From Eledone cirrhosa (lineage: Eukaryota): a stretch of 64,000 bases of DNA. The stretch is taken from assembly GCA_964016885.1 (NCBI GenBank), contig OZ024741.1, forward strand, positions 354,144,001 through 354,208,000, written 5' to 3'. Under the pieces are notes generated by a model that was not told where the DNA came from, made no database searches, and saw nothing but the letters and a program-made list of their open reading frames with translations. The translations under genes were made by a program, and so were the position numbers. Positions 13,118 through 24,927 of the stretch are shown here, in pieces (the stretch's first letter is position 1; each line of letters begins with the position of its first letter).

Positions 13118-13445
13118 TATATGAAAATAAGTATATCAATGTCAGAATAATACTAAGATCTAATGTGGCAAAATTGATGGATATACACACGTCTTCTTAT
13201 CAGTGTCCAATTAGATCCGACAAACGATTAAAGATTCGTATTTTCTGGTATTTTTACATGCCTACATATTAGATCTGTGTATATATTTATATACGGCGGT
13301 ACAGTCTTCGTTACACACTCTGTATTTATACACGTCGGCTGCTAGAGCACTTCATGCTATATGTGGGTGAGTGAGTGTGTGGGGGGGGGGGGGGGGGGGG
13401 TTACATGTGTGCATGTGTGCGTGCGTTTATTTTTGTGTGTGTGTA

Positions 13446-13860
13446 AAAGCCAAACTCGCTATCTTCAATTCGATATTCGTGCCAACCCTTACCTATGGTT
13501 ATGAATCTTGGGTAATGACCGAAAGAATATGATTGCTAATACAAGTGGTCGAAATGGGGTTCCTCCGAAGGGTCTTTGGAGTAACGTTAGCTCGGATATC
13601 AGAATCACTCCAGATAGAGCTGGTACTTCTACAAATTGAGATATCACAGCTCCGATACTATGGACATGTGGTTAGAATGTCTCAGGAAAGAATCACTCAA
13701 CAGATTTTACGGGCAAAATCAACCGGCAGGAGACCCAGGGGTAAACTCCGAGCAAGATGGTTGGATAACATCCATGAGCTTGGCTGGTCTCACTTGGGGA
13801 TCCAGCCGGATCAGTTGGAGACGGTTGCTTTTGATACCACTATCTAGGCGGGGCTTGGTG
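13446..13860 (+). mobile_element. RTE LINE 3' fragment (Rex3/Expander-like)
   Basis: AKLAIFNSIFVPTLTYGYESWVMTE..EMGFLRRVFG..LRYYGHVVRM..GRRPRGK.RARWLD. Confidence 0.85.
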
Positions 13861-13894
13861 CAGCCTTATCGAAAATCTCCCTGGTTGCTAATAG

Positions 13895-14599
13895 ATTTGA
13901 GATCACATCATGGGGAAAACCTGGTATTGTTTGAGGCAGATCTAACTGGTTTCCTAGAACGTTTCCTAACCCAGGATGAGTGTTGGGTTCATCACTTTGA
14001 GCCAAAGACAAAGCGACAATGCCATGGAAAGACCCTTCCTCAACGGCTTGAAAGACGACCAAGGTTGTTTCATCTGCAGAGAAGGTGATGGCCTCAGTTT
14101 TATGGGATACAAAAGACATTGTGTTTATTGGCTATCTTCAAAAGGGTCCAACCATCAATGGAGAGTACTATGCCAACTTGCCGAGGCAATTACGAAAGGT
14201 TATCATGACCAATTGTCCATGGAAACTGACGAAAGGTTTCTAATTTCATCAGGGCAATGCTGAAGCACACAGTTCCTTAGTTTCAATGGCTGTTGTGTGT
14301 GACTATCGCTTTGAACTCGTTAATCACCCTCCCTATTCTCCTGATTTGGCCCCATCTAACTATCATCTGTTCCCTAACATGAAAGAACACTTAGCTAGGA
14401 ACCAGTATCGCAGTGATGATGACATCACATCTTCTGTTGATAACTTTTTGTACCAACAGGATGAAAGCTTCTTCACCAATGGAATCCAAGCACCACAACA
14501 CCGATAGATGTGTGAGGACTAGGTTGAAAAATAAACCGCATTTTATCACATTCCATAAAAGTATCATAGTCAGTCTATGAACTTTAAAACCGACCCTCG
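13895..14599 (+). pseudogene. Decayed mariner transposase and right TIR
   Basis: Frameshifted LTQDECWVHHFEP, KVMASVLWD, TINGEYY, HPPYSPDLAPSNYHLF motifs; end ..GACCCTCG|TA. Confidence 0.9.
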
Positions 14600-14802
14600 T
14601 AAATATTTTTATTGTTTATCCCGCTGAGGTTAGCTTTATCTTCATACTTACGGGGTCGATAAAATAAAGTACCAGTAACATACTGAGGTCGATTTAATTG
14701 ACTTTCCCCTTCCCTTTAAATTACTGACCTTGCGCCAAAAATAAAAAAAACTATTGTTTGTTTTATTTCTCATTGACTTTTCACGCAGAGCAAGTTCTAA
14801 GG

Positions 14803-15121
14803 CAGGGGCGTGCAACAGGTGGCCCACGAGCTACAATCCGACCCACTAGACTAGTCAGAGTGGTCCGCGATGACCGTTTTTAATTTTTACCTTGTAGGCT
14901 TATTTAGAAATTTTTTTCGTAACCGTAATACAATTTTCTGTTAGTTGACCTATACTAAATGGCTTCACTGATAGGGTTATGTGTGTTATAATTTCCAAGT
15001 TCCATGTTATGGAAAGAAGTTGTGGTTTTCATTAGATCACATATTGTTGACAGTGACTGGCCCTAATAGTTGTTCCAATGTTCAAAAGTGGCCGGCTAAT
15101 GGAATATGTTGTACACCCCTG
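14803..15121. mobile_element. hAT (Charlie-like) MITE
   Basis: CAGGGGCGTGCAACA ... TGTTGTACACCCCTG; degenerate 8-bp TSD TTCTAAGG/GTTTAAGG. Confidence 0.75.
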
Positions 15122-15231
15122 GTTTAAGGTGTTATCCCTAAGATGTCACTAGTGGTGGTTAAAACGTTTTGTGCAAGAAAAGGAATTCAGCTGTAGATAA
15201 AATGCCACAAAAATGTGTTTTCTAGCATAGC

Positions 15232-15264
<33 letters not shown>

Positions 15265-15364
15265 TTTTTCCTTTTTAAACTATATTTTGTTGTAGAGGGT
15301 ATAATGCATTTTTTTTTTTTTTTTTTTTTGTATTCTGTCTATGTTTGTGAGTATGGCTATGATA

Positions 15365-15545
15365 TAATTGTTTCTACTTTAGGCACAAGGCCAGCAAATA
15401 CCCAGTGCATTACTGGTACTTTATTTTATCGACCCCGTGAGGATGAAAGGCAAAGTCAACCTCGGCGGGATTTGAACTCAGATCATAAAGGGACGTAACT
15501 ATGCTGGAAAGCATGGCGTCCGACCCTCTACCTATACTGCCAAAG
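15365..15545 (-). mobile_element. SINE family A
   Basis: Reverse-complement match to the 5780-5996 family. Confidence 0.8.
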
Positions 15546-15680
15546 GGTTAGGGTCTCAAATAATCGCCCCTCCTCCGCTTATTAGTTTTTCAGATTATTT
15601 CGTGTGTTTTGGTGGGATATCTTTGTTGGTTTGAGTTTGTTGTATTTGTTTACCTTTACTTCAATATTGGGTGATGTCAG

Positions 15681-16380
15681 GGCGGTGGATTGGCACTATC
15701 GGTGGAGAGTCGGATAACATGCTTTATGGCATAGAGTTATAGCCTTTACGATTTTAGTTCAAATCTTGCGGAGGTTAGCTTTGCCTTTCATCCTTAACAG
15801 TAATACACTGGGGTCAATTTAATTGATTTTCCCCTCCCCCAAAATTGCTGGCCTTGTGCCTATATAAGAAACCATTATTATTATTATTATTATTCTGAGT
15901 TCAAATCCCGCCAAGGTTAACTTTGCCTTTCATCCTTTCGGGGTAGGGTAGATAAAATAAAGCACCAGTAATGTACTGGGTAATTGCTGGCCTTGTGCCA
16001 AAAGTAGAAACAATTATATAAGGGCAGTGGATTGGCAGTATCGTAGGAGCGTCGGATAACATGCTTTATGGCATATAGTTACGGCCCTCTACGATCTTAG
16101 TTCAAATCTTGTACCAGTAATGCACTGCGGTTGATTTAATCGATTTTCCCTTCCTCCAAAATTGCTGGTGTTGTGCCTAAAATAGAAACAATTATTATGG
16201 ATTGGCAGTATCGGAAGAGCGTAGAACAATATATTTTACGGCATAGAGTTACGGCTCTTTACGATCTGAGTTCAAATCCTGCCGAGTCGATAAAATAAAA
16301 TACCAGTAATGCACTGGGATCGATTTAGTTGACTTTTCCCTCCTCCAAAATTGTTGGCCTTGTGCCTAAATGAGAAACCA
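15681..16380 (+). mobile_element. Head-to-tail cluster of ~4 SINE family A copies
   Basis: Repeated TTGGCAGTATCG..GTTCAAATC..TGGCCTTGTGCC.AAA.TAGAAAC units. Confidence 0.8.
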
Positions 16381-16792
16381 ATATTGGGTGAAATTATGAG
16401 AGAATTAACTTTTTACATATTGTAGTAACTCATACTGCGTGAACTAGGATCTCCGTTGAAAGAGCTCTGATACTGGTATGAAAGGTTTCTTAATATAATT
16501 AGTTCTTATAGTGTTAATATTGTTCAGGCTTTAATAAAGTAGCATAGTTAATGCTGATGTGAGTAGACTGTTGCTCCCTTTTAAATTATGTTTGATGTAG
16601 GCGTAATATGTTTTGTTTTGGAAGATATATATATTATATGCATTAATATGTTGTCTAATCTGCTTTGTTGGTTAGTATAAGTATGATATAATGTTTAAAG
16701 TGTTGAATGATGAATTATTTCATACAGGATAAACTACGGGGGATAGCTATAATTCATTCTTTATTAATTTATCTCTGGGTGTTATGTTTATT

Positions 16793-16980
16793 AGGGCGGT
16801 GGTTTGGCAGTATCGGTAGAGCATCAGACACTGCTTTGCAGCATATAGTTAGCGCTCTTTACGTTCTGAATTCAAATCCTGCCGAGGTTTGCTTTGCCTT
16901 TCATCCTTACGAGGTCGATAAAATAAAGCACCAGTAATGCACTGGGGTAATTGCTGGCCTTCCGCCAAAAGTAGAAACAG
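16793..16980 (+). mobile_element. SINE family A
   Basis: Same head, core and tail motifs. Confidence 0.8.
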
Positions 16981-17084
16981 TTATGTTTATTAGCAGTTTA
17001 ATGTATATTCAGTGTGTGGAGGATGTAAGGAAAGTAGATTTGGGGAGCAAGTGAACTAGAGGATGTGAACAAAAAGCAATCTCT

Positions 17085-17310
17085 CTTGACATGCATTGGA
17101 TAGGTTTTTCTGTCGAGTGCTGCACGGCAGGAATGAAAATCATTGCTGCGAAGACCGGGACATTTGTAATCTCGAGAAAGCCTGCGTAGTGCACTCTGAG
17201 TGGAATTACGCTGAAGCAGGTATAGGTGATGCCCATGAGGGTGCTTGGCTGTTTCAGCGCCTTAGCCTCGCTATCACGTGTTGGCTTACCTCAAATATTT
17301 CCGATAAACC
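17085..17310 (+). mobile_element. RTE fragment (17085-17222) joined to a CRE-like LINE C-terminal fragment
   Basis: First part matches 17688-17830; second part translates GDAHEGAWLFQRLSLAI. Confidence 0.65.
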
Positions 17311-17679
17311 TTGTGGTATGTAACGGATTGACGCACTTATTGATGTTTTTTGTTGTTGTTTTCTTTTCTCGGTTTATGAGAGTGATTTCAGGTTTTGGTT
17401 AATTTTTAGTTTAATTTTTATTTTCTTTATGGATATTATATCATTAGATGCATGATGCCACCCTTCGAGTATTATGACTGTATGCTTATCCTTTTGGTAG
17501 TTATTATGATTAAATGTTCCCCAGTATATGTTGACTAATATATCTGGCAGTCCCAACTTGAATGGAAACCAGATATTGGTTCGTCCTCTTAGCACCAGTA
17601 TAATGGTTTGGTTTTAATTATAGTTTAATCATAATATATTTTAATTATAATCATCTAATTATGATATATATACCGTGAG

Positions 17680-18415
17680 GTGATCTCAGACATGCACTGG
17701 ATAGGTTTGCTGTCGAGTGCTGCATGGCAGGAATGAAAATCAGTGCTACAAAGTCTGGCACATTCGTAATCTCGAGAAAGCCTGCGCAGTGCACTCTAAA
17801 CGTGTGTGGAATTACACTGAAGCAGGTGATGAAGTTCAAGTATTTCGAGGCCTTTTTCACGAGGGGTGGAAGGTAGGAGGCTGAATAAAATATAAGAATA
17901 ATGCGCCAGCTTCAACATTCAGTCATCAGAGGAAGAGAGGTAGGTATGAAAACCAAACTTGCTATCTTCAATTCCGTATTCATACCAACCCTTACCTACG
18001 GACATGAATCTGGGGTAATGACCGAAAGTATACAATCGCGAATACAGGTGACTGAAATGGTGTTCTTCCAAAGAATCTTTGGAGTTACGTTGCTCGATAG
18101 AATGCGAAGCTCGGAAATCAGGGAGTTGCTTCAGGTAGAGCTGCTAATTCTCCGCATCGAGGGATCACAGCACCAATACTACGGACATGTGGTTAGAATG
18201 TCTAAGAAAAGAATCGCTGGGCAAATGTTACGGGCAAAGCTGACCGACAGAAGACCCTGAGGTAGACCACGAGCAAGATGCATAACATCCATAAGCTTGG
18301 TTGGTCTCGCTTGGGATTCAACAGGATCACTTGGAGACAGTTGCTTCTGATAGAACCCTTTAGAAGACGTGTCGGAGGATTCTGCCCCCACGTCATTCTC
18401 AAGAATAAGTGAGTG
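17680..18415 (+). mobile_element. RTE LINE 3' portion (Rex3/Expander-like), decayed
   Basis: LDRFAVECCMAGMKIS..KQVMKFKY..KLAIFNSVFIPTLTYGHES..YYGHVVRM. Confidence 0.88.
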
Positions 18416-18446
18416 GAGAATATACACACATAGACACTTGCACGTA

Positions 18447-18449
<3 letters not shown>

Positions 18450-18541
<92 letters not shown>

Positions 18542-18707
18542 GTGTGTGTATAAATATACATATATATATATATACAGTATATATACTGTATATATATATA
18601 TATACTGTGTATATATACTGTATATATATATATACTGTATATATATATACAGTATAGATATATACTGTATATATATACTGTATATATATATACTGTGTAT
18701 ATATACA

Positions 18708-18739
<32 letters not shown>

Positions 18740-18740
18740 T
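18450..18740. repeat. Compound (CA)n/(TA)n microsatellite with CAG/CTG interruptions
   Basis: Direct observation. Confidence 0.9.
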
Positions 18741-19259
18741 TTTTTTTAATTCGTCTGATCTTTCCATCGAATATAATGTTGTTTGCTTAAAGACTGGTTG
18801 AAATATACTATTTAATCTTTTCTCATTAGACTTTATTGGTCGTCATCCTGTCAGTCTGATCTATCTAATTTATTTAGCAATAAAAACCTTCGCCAATATT
18901 TTAATTGTATTATAGATTTCTTGATTCCTTTTTGTATCTTGTTGCTCTACGTTTTGATAATTATGCATTAAATGAACAAGCGGCTATGTCAATGCGTTTA
19001 GTTTGTTCGCCGAATGGATAGTACGATTTTCATGTTTACACTAACTTCTCTATTTTATGTCAAGTCGTTGTAATCGTTAAAAATGTTGTTGCTTTAGACT
19101 CGCGAGATTACACCCCACGATAATCACTACATCAAATTATTGACACCACTACCTACCCTCGTGATGTCTGCTTATAAAGTACCAATGCTGACAGATTTGG
19201 TATTACAGTTTGTCCATCTAAGTTCTCATTCTAAATTTTGTCACGTTAAAGATGGCGTC

Positions 19260-19680
19260 GACCATCTAATAGATTAGCGTCACGATTCAATCAATAACTT
19301 TATCTTATCCGGTAAAAATACTCGTTCACCGATATAATCAATTGTCGATATCAACTTGGACAGTAACTCTATATTATACTGTATACTTATGTACATTACT
19401 CTTATACCCGTACATAATATCTTTTTGATTCACATACTACTCTTGTCGACTTATATCTAACATCAGAAACTCTAAGTATCGCCAATTGCAAGTAATTACA
19501 TTTTCAACCAATGTTATTTGAGACTATTGAAGATGAACTGCTAAAAACTACATTCTCAAATTCTTTGGCATCACATTTGACTTAAATATCAGATGAGGCT
19601 CGTGAGAGTGCACTTGGCTGTTTCACAGTCTCAGACACGTTATCGATCACGATAATACTGGAAATATCCTGTATTGTTTC
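19260..19680 (+). mobile_element. Highly decayed CRE-like non-LTR retrotransposon endonuclease region
   Basis: Frameshifted RHDSINN, SKYRQL, FQPMLFETI, DEARES, WLFHSL..NTGNIL motifs in the expected order. Confidence 0.55.
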
Positions 19681-20790
19681 TTTTATTTTTATCCTATTTT
19701 TAAAATAGTTTTTTAATACAAATCACAGAAATGTAAAAATATCAATTTTAAAAAAATCTAAAATCACGTATCAATGGTAACTTAATCTAAAATCACAAAT
19801 GTTAGTGCAGTGAAATCAGGGTCTTAGTATAAAGTCACAATGCTGTGAAACAATATCCTGAAATTAAATTTTGGTGCCGCAGAAAAAGTCACATCGATAT
19901 TTTTGAATCAATATTTTAAATTTTCCTCCCAGCTAGATAAATAACTGTTTCCAAGACAGGAAAAGTGATACTGTCATAATGAAGACTTGCATAGAAGTGA
20001 CGTGAATTGCTTAACTTAAAAAAAAAATAACTACAAAAAAACGCTAAAAAAAAAAACCCACCCAACCCCAAATCCTCCAAACAAAAACAAACTAATAATT
20101 GTGATTAAAATTTTAATAAAATTTGGGTTTATTGATTATGTATATAGTGATGATTGGATTATGCATAGTTCCATGGTTTCAAGTTTGATGTTGACTATAC
20201 ATAAGTACTTTATATGTAGTTTGTTTTTTGTTTTTTTACATGTACGAGGTGGCGAATCGGTAGATTCGTTAGAACGTCGGATAGAATGCTTTGCAGTATT
20301 TTTCCTCTCTCTTTCGTTGGAAGAAATCGACTGTGTTCTAACTAGGAAATTGGGATGGGTTCTGCCAGGTTTAAAATGTCCAAGACACGTCGTTTATCAC
20401 TACGGCACTTCTCGACACAATCATGAGATAAAATACTGTGTTTGGTACCGGAGCTAGCCCATTGGGAGTGAGAGACCCCTAATTCTTGTTGAGACATCAC
20501 TCTAAGAGAAGGAAAACTCTGATGTAAAACCTGCAACTCGGTGGCAGCCAAGTGGAATTGGTTCAGATCAAAGCCTTTCTTCACATAAAAAAGCTGCAAG
20601 CACAGGCATCACTTGATCTAACTAACTTTCATGTGTGTTGCGTTAACATGGCCTTTTCTTTTTTCTTTTCTCTGTAACATATGCAGAACGAAATCTCCGT
20701 CCTTGGCAGAGCTAAAAATTCATGTTTTGCCACCTATATATAAGAAAAATTCAAGAGATGGCAATTCTGGAAACTGAGATGCAGCCATTT

Positions 20791-21160
20791 TGGCAGTATC
20801 GGTAGAGGGTTGGACGCCATGCTTTCTAGCATAGTTACGTCCCTTTACGGTCTGAGTTCAAATCCCGCCGAGGTTGACTTTGCCTTTCATCCTTACGGGG
20901 TCGATAAAATAAAGTGCCAGTAACGTACTGGGTAATTGCTGGCCTTGAGCCAAAAGTAGAAACAATTATGTATGTATATATAATTGTTTCTACTTTTTGG
21001 CTCAAGGCCAGCAATTTACAGTACATTACTGGTACTTTATTTTATCGATCCCGTAAGGATGAAAGGCAAAGTTAACCTCAGCGGGATTTGAACTCAGAAT
21101 GGCAAGGGCCGTAACTCTATGCGTCAAAGCATGGCGTCCGACCCTCTACCGATACTGCCA
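20791..21160. mobile_element. Two SINE family A copies, tail-to-tail inverted
   Basis: TGGCAGTATCGGTAGAGGG at 20791 and CCCTCTACCGATACTGCCA ending at 21160. Confidence 0.88.
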
Positions 21161-21219
21161 GTATATATAATGTGTTTTTATGTGTGTGTGTGTGTGCGCG
21201 TGCGTATATCTTCTCTTCT

Positions 21220-21517
21220 TCCCCCACTTATTTCCGAGAGACTAGTGGGGCAGAATCCTCAAATACTCTTGTCAGAAGCAACCGTCTTCAACTGATCCGG
21301 TTGTATCCCCAAGCGAGACCAGCCAAGCTCATGGATGTTATCCAACCATCTTGCTCGGGGTCTACCCCTGGGTCTCCTGCCGGTTGGTTTTACCCGTAAC
21401 ATTTGTCCAGCGATTCTTTCCTCGGACATTCTAACCACATACCCATAGTATCGGAACTGCGATCTCTCAATTCGGAGAAGTAGCGACTCTACCTGGAGTG
21501 ACTCTGATCTCCGAGCT
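21220..21517 (-). mobile_element. RTE LINE 3' fragment
   Basis: LQVESLLLRIERSQFRYYGYVVRM..TGRRPRGRPRARWLDNIHELGWSRLGI. Confidence 0.88.
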
Positions 21518-21592
21518 ACACATTGGATCCTCAAGTATGAAATTTGTAGAATTTTCTTTTTCTACAAGTTTCTAGAAATTTCATACTTGACG

Positions 21593-21645
<53 letters not shown>

Positions 21646-21708
21646 TCGTGTATAATAGATTATACGCCACTGAAATGCAGCTATTATATTATCGGATTTG
21701 AACTCAGC

Positions 21709-22020
21709 CCTTTATGGTCTGAGTTCAAATCCCGCAGAGGTTAACTTTGCCTTTCATCCTTACGGGGTCGATAAAATAAAGTACCAGTAATACACTGGGA
21801 TAATGCTGGCCTTGTGCCAAAAGTAGAAACAATTATATTATTGGATTGGCAGTATCGGTAGAGGGTCGGACGCCATGCTTTGCAGCATAGAGTTACGGCC
21901 CTTTACGATCTGAGTTCAAATCTTGCCGAGGTTAGCTTTGCCTTTCATCCTTACGAGGTAGATAAATTAAAGTACCAGTAATGCACTGGGATAATTGCTG
22001 GCCTTGTGTCAAAAGTAGAA
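21709..22020 (+). mobile_element. Two tandem SINE family A copies
   Basis: Family motifs repeated twice. Confidence 0.8.
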
Positions 22021-22760
22021 ATAATTATATTATGTACGTATGTATGATTTCCATTTCTGATTGTTGCCATTAAATATGTATTTAGTCCTCCAACAGTTCT
22101 CATCCATCTCACTCACTTATCTCTGCCACAATCCCATTTTCTAACTATTTATTATGTCATTTACGTACCTATTGAGCTTTTTTCGTTTGTATTTATGTCT
22201 CTTTCTCATTCAGTCTTTGTAGTTCTGTTGCTATATTACTTTATCTCTGTCTCATTTAGTTCTGTTTTCATCCAATTTTTCTTGATATTTTTATCCTCCG
22301 CATGCATTTTATCCGGGTGTGTGTGGTTTTTTTTTTTATTTATTTATCTATTTATACGTTTCTTTACTTATTACTAGTTGGTTGGTTGTTCTATCTGTGT
22401 GTGTTGGGTTTGTTTTATTAGTTTGGTTCTTGTGTGTCTCTAAAGCATATCCACACAGAAAAGATGCAATGCTCCCAAGTGCTGATAATCTACATAAAAG
22501 GACTTAGTACATGCTGTAAAATGGTTGGTGTTAGGACAGGCATCTAGCCATAGAAGGCTTGCCAAACAAGGGGTTAGGAGGACCATTCAGATTGTGTTAA
22601 AAGACACATCTCTACACTCTATATGACCGTATGTAAGCAAGATACAGACTCCTTGGCCTGTCTGGGAAGTCAGTAACCCTGCTTCAGTACTGACTTGGTC
22701 TATGTAGACCCATCAAACCCTTGCAAGCAGGGAATGCAGATGTTAAATGATGATGATATA

Positions 22761-22823
<63 letters not shown>

Positions 22824-23116
22824 GACACAAACACAAACACACACACACACACACACAAATGCTTAAACTTTTTTAAGTGTTCCATTCAATTTGAATGATA
22901 AATAAAAACCTGCTACATTTGGAAGATGGCGCTGTTGTTGTCTGCTTAAAGTAAGTGAGCAAAAATTAGAAAAACTTGTTGAAACTTTATAAAACAGATG
23001 AAATGATAAAAAAAAATCAATATGCAATTGAGTTCTGAAACAAAAAACCATACTCTAAACGACACTTTAAAACATTTCAAATATCAAAATATTAAAACTT
23101 CTTAAAAATATTCAAC

Positions 23117-23497
23117 ACGACAAAAAGCACCCATCACACACTGTAAAGTGGTCATGTAGGTGTCATGACAAAAAGCACCCAGCACACACTATAAAGTGGT
23201 CATGTAGGTGTCATGACAAAAAGCACCCAGCACACACTGTAAAGTGGTCATGTAGGTGTCATGACAAAAAGCACCCACCACACACTGTAAAGTGGTCATG
23301 TAGGTGTCATGACAAAAAGCACCCACCACACACTGTAAAGTGGTCATGTAGGTGTCATGACAAAAAGCACCCACCACACACTGTAAAGTGGTCATGTAGG
23401 TGTCATGACAAAAAGCACCCACCACACACTGTAAAGTGGTCATGTAGGTGTCATGACAAAAAGCACCCACCACACACTGTAAAGTGGTCATGTAGGT
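23117..23497 (+). repeat. ~8 tandem copies of a 48-bp unit from the interior of repeat family B
   Basis: Unit GTCATGACAAAAAGCACCCACCACACACTGTAAAGTGGTCATGTAGGT; the same unit occurs in dispersed (GAT)n-tailed elements. Confidence 0.92.
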
Positions 23498-23860
23498 CAT
23501 CATCATCATCATCGTTTAACGTCTATCTTCCACGCTAGCATGGGTTTAGACAGGAATTGTCCCGCTTGAGGCAAGATTGGTCGTCTCGCTAATATGGGAC
23601 TGTCTGGCAGGTTATCTATGGCTGGATGCCCTTCCTAACACCAACCACGTTTACAGTGTGCACTGGGAGTTGTCATGACAAAAAGCAACCAGCACACACT
23701 GCAAATGTAGTTGGCATTAGGAAGTGTATCCAGCTGTAGATACCAGGCCAAATTCAGTTTGTGTGAGCAAAGCACGGTCTTCCGACTTGATGTCTCACAA
23801 AGGGACAGCCTGTCCTACCCATGCTAGCATGGAACGTTTAACAATGATGATGATGATGAT
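23498..23860. mobile_element. Family B retroposon ((GAT)n tail): minus copy 23498-23668, plus-strand 3' part 23672-23860
   Basis: CCCATGCTAGCATGGAA..TTAA.ATGATGATG ends in both orientations. Confidence 0.7.
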
Positions 23861-24280
23861 TCATGGGAGTTTACAAAACCACACCATCTAAACATAATGT
23901 GCTGATACCTTGGCACCTTTGTCCATTTCTCTGATAGAGGAGTTGGCTTATATTTGGATCAGTTTATAAATGAGTATATATCATATTTGTAACATAACCT
24001 ACCAAATGGTTCTTATAACAGATTATATTGGAAGATTTTAATTTAAATATGAACATTTTAAAATTGGCAGTTTTACATCATTAAACTTGAGGTGGTCCTG
24101 GATGGATTGGTATCAAAAGAGTTAAATAACAAACGTAGAAGAAAAGAAAATTTACAACACACAGGCAAACACAGAATTGTGATAATAAAACTATTTGTAT
24201 TTTATTTCTGTTTTTTACAAAATAACAGGGGTACCTTCAGTGAGAATATCAATTTGGTCTTTGCTGTTGTTGTTTTTATA

Positions 24281-24290
24281 TTTATTTATT
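24281..24290 (-). promoter_or_regulatory. Candidate NEMF polyadenylation signal(s) AATAAA
   Basis: Overlapping TTTATT hexamers ~100 nt past the stop codon; AT-rich context makes this weak. Confidence 0.35.
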
Positions 24291-24385
24291 AAACAAGAAT
24301 ATCATTCTCTCATTTACTCACTCTCCCTCTCTCAAAAATTTCATAAATGTCTTTGAGAATGTCTTCACTATGGAACTCATAAGCA

Positions 24386-24466
24386 TTATTTTTGTTTCTT
24401 TTGTTTTTGAAAATTTGGAGCTGCTAATTTTACTTTTCCTGGAATATTTCTTGAAATATCACAGTC
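24386..24466 (-). CDS. NEMF: NEMF last coding exon: DCDISRNIPGKVKLAAPNFQKQKKQK*
   Basis: Matches vertebrate NEMF C-terminus (DTDLSRNIPGKVKVSAPN); AG acceptor at 24467-24468; phase 0; TAA stop. Confidence 0.93.
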   Translation of the reverse strand, partial: DCDISRNIPGKVKLAAPNFQKQKKQK

Positions 24467-24540
24467 CTGAAATGAGAATATTAATAATAATATTAATAAC
24501 ATATTTTAAAAGGATTGACGTAACTCTCCACAAAGGTAAA

Positions 24541-24927
24541 TAAACAATACGAAGAGCGCGATGCGATTGCAATAGATTTATTGAACAATATTTTGACAGT
24601 TAGTCTGTCTTTGTCGAGTTCAGAATGAAAAGTGATAAAAATTCAAAATTATGGAAATTCAAATCCGAAGTATGAACGAGGCCAACCTGCGCCCCCATGA
24701 GGAAAAAAAGGATTTGAATTTACATAGAACTGTTTGATTAAATATTCTTTTTCCTTTTCTTCTTTTTTCCCTGTGTGGACGTGTTGGCCTCATTCATATT
24801 TGGATTAGAATTTCTGTAATTTTGAATTTTTATCGCTTTTCATTCTGAACTCGACAAAGACAGACTAACTGTCGAAATATCGTTCAATAAATCTATTGCA
24901 ATCGCATCGCGCTCTTCGTATTGTTTA
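24541..24927. mobile_element. Fold-back MITE with ~145-bp TIRs, TA-flanked
   Basis: TAAACAATACGAAGAGCGCGATGCGATTGC... and its reverse complement ending at 24927. Confidence 0.9.

Noticed and set aside
23117-23497. CRISPR-like array / repetitive ORF (YMTTLQCVVGAFCHDT)n
   Set aside because: No unique spacers, no cas genes, eukaryotic context; the unit derives from a dispersed retroposon and the ORF is a by-product of 48-bp periodicity
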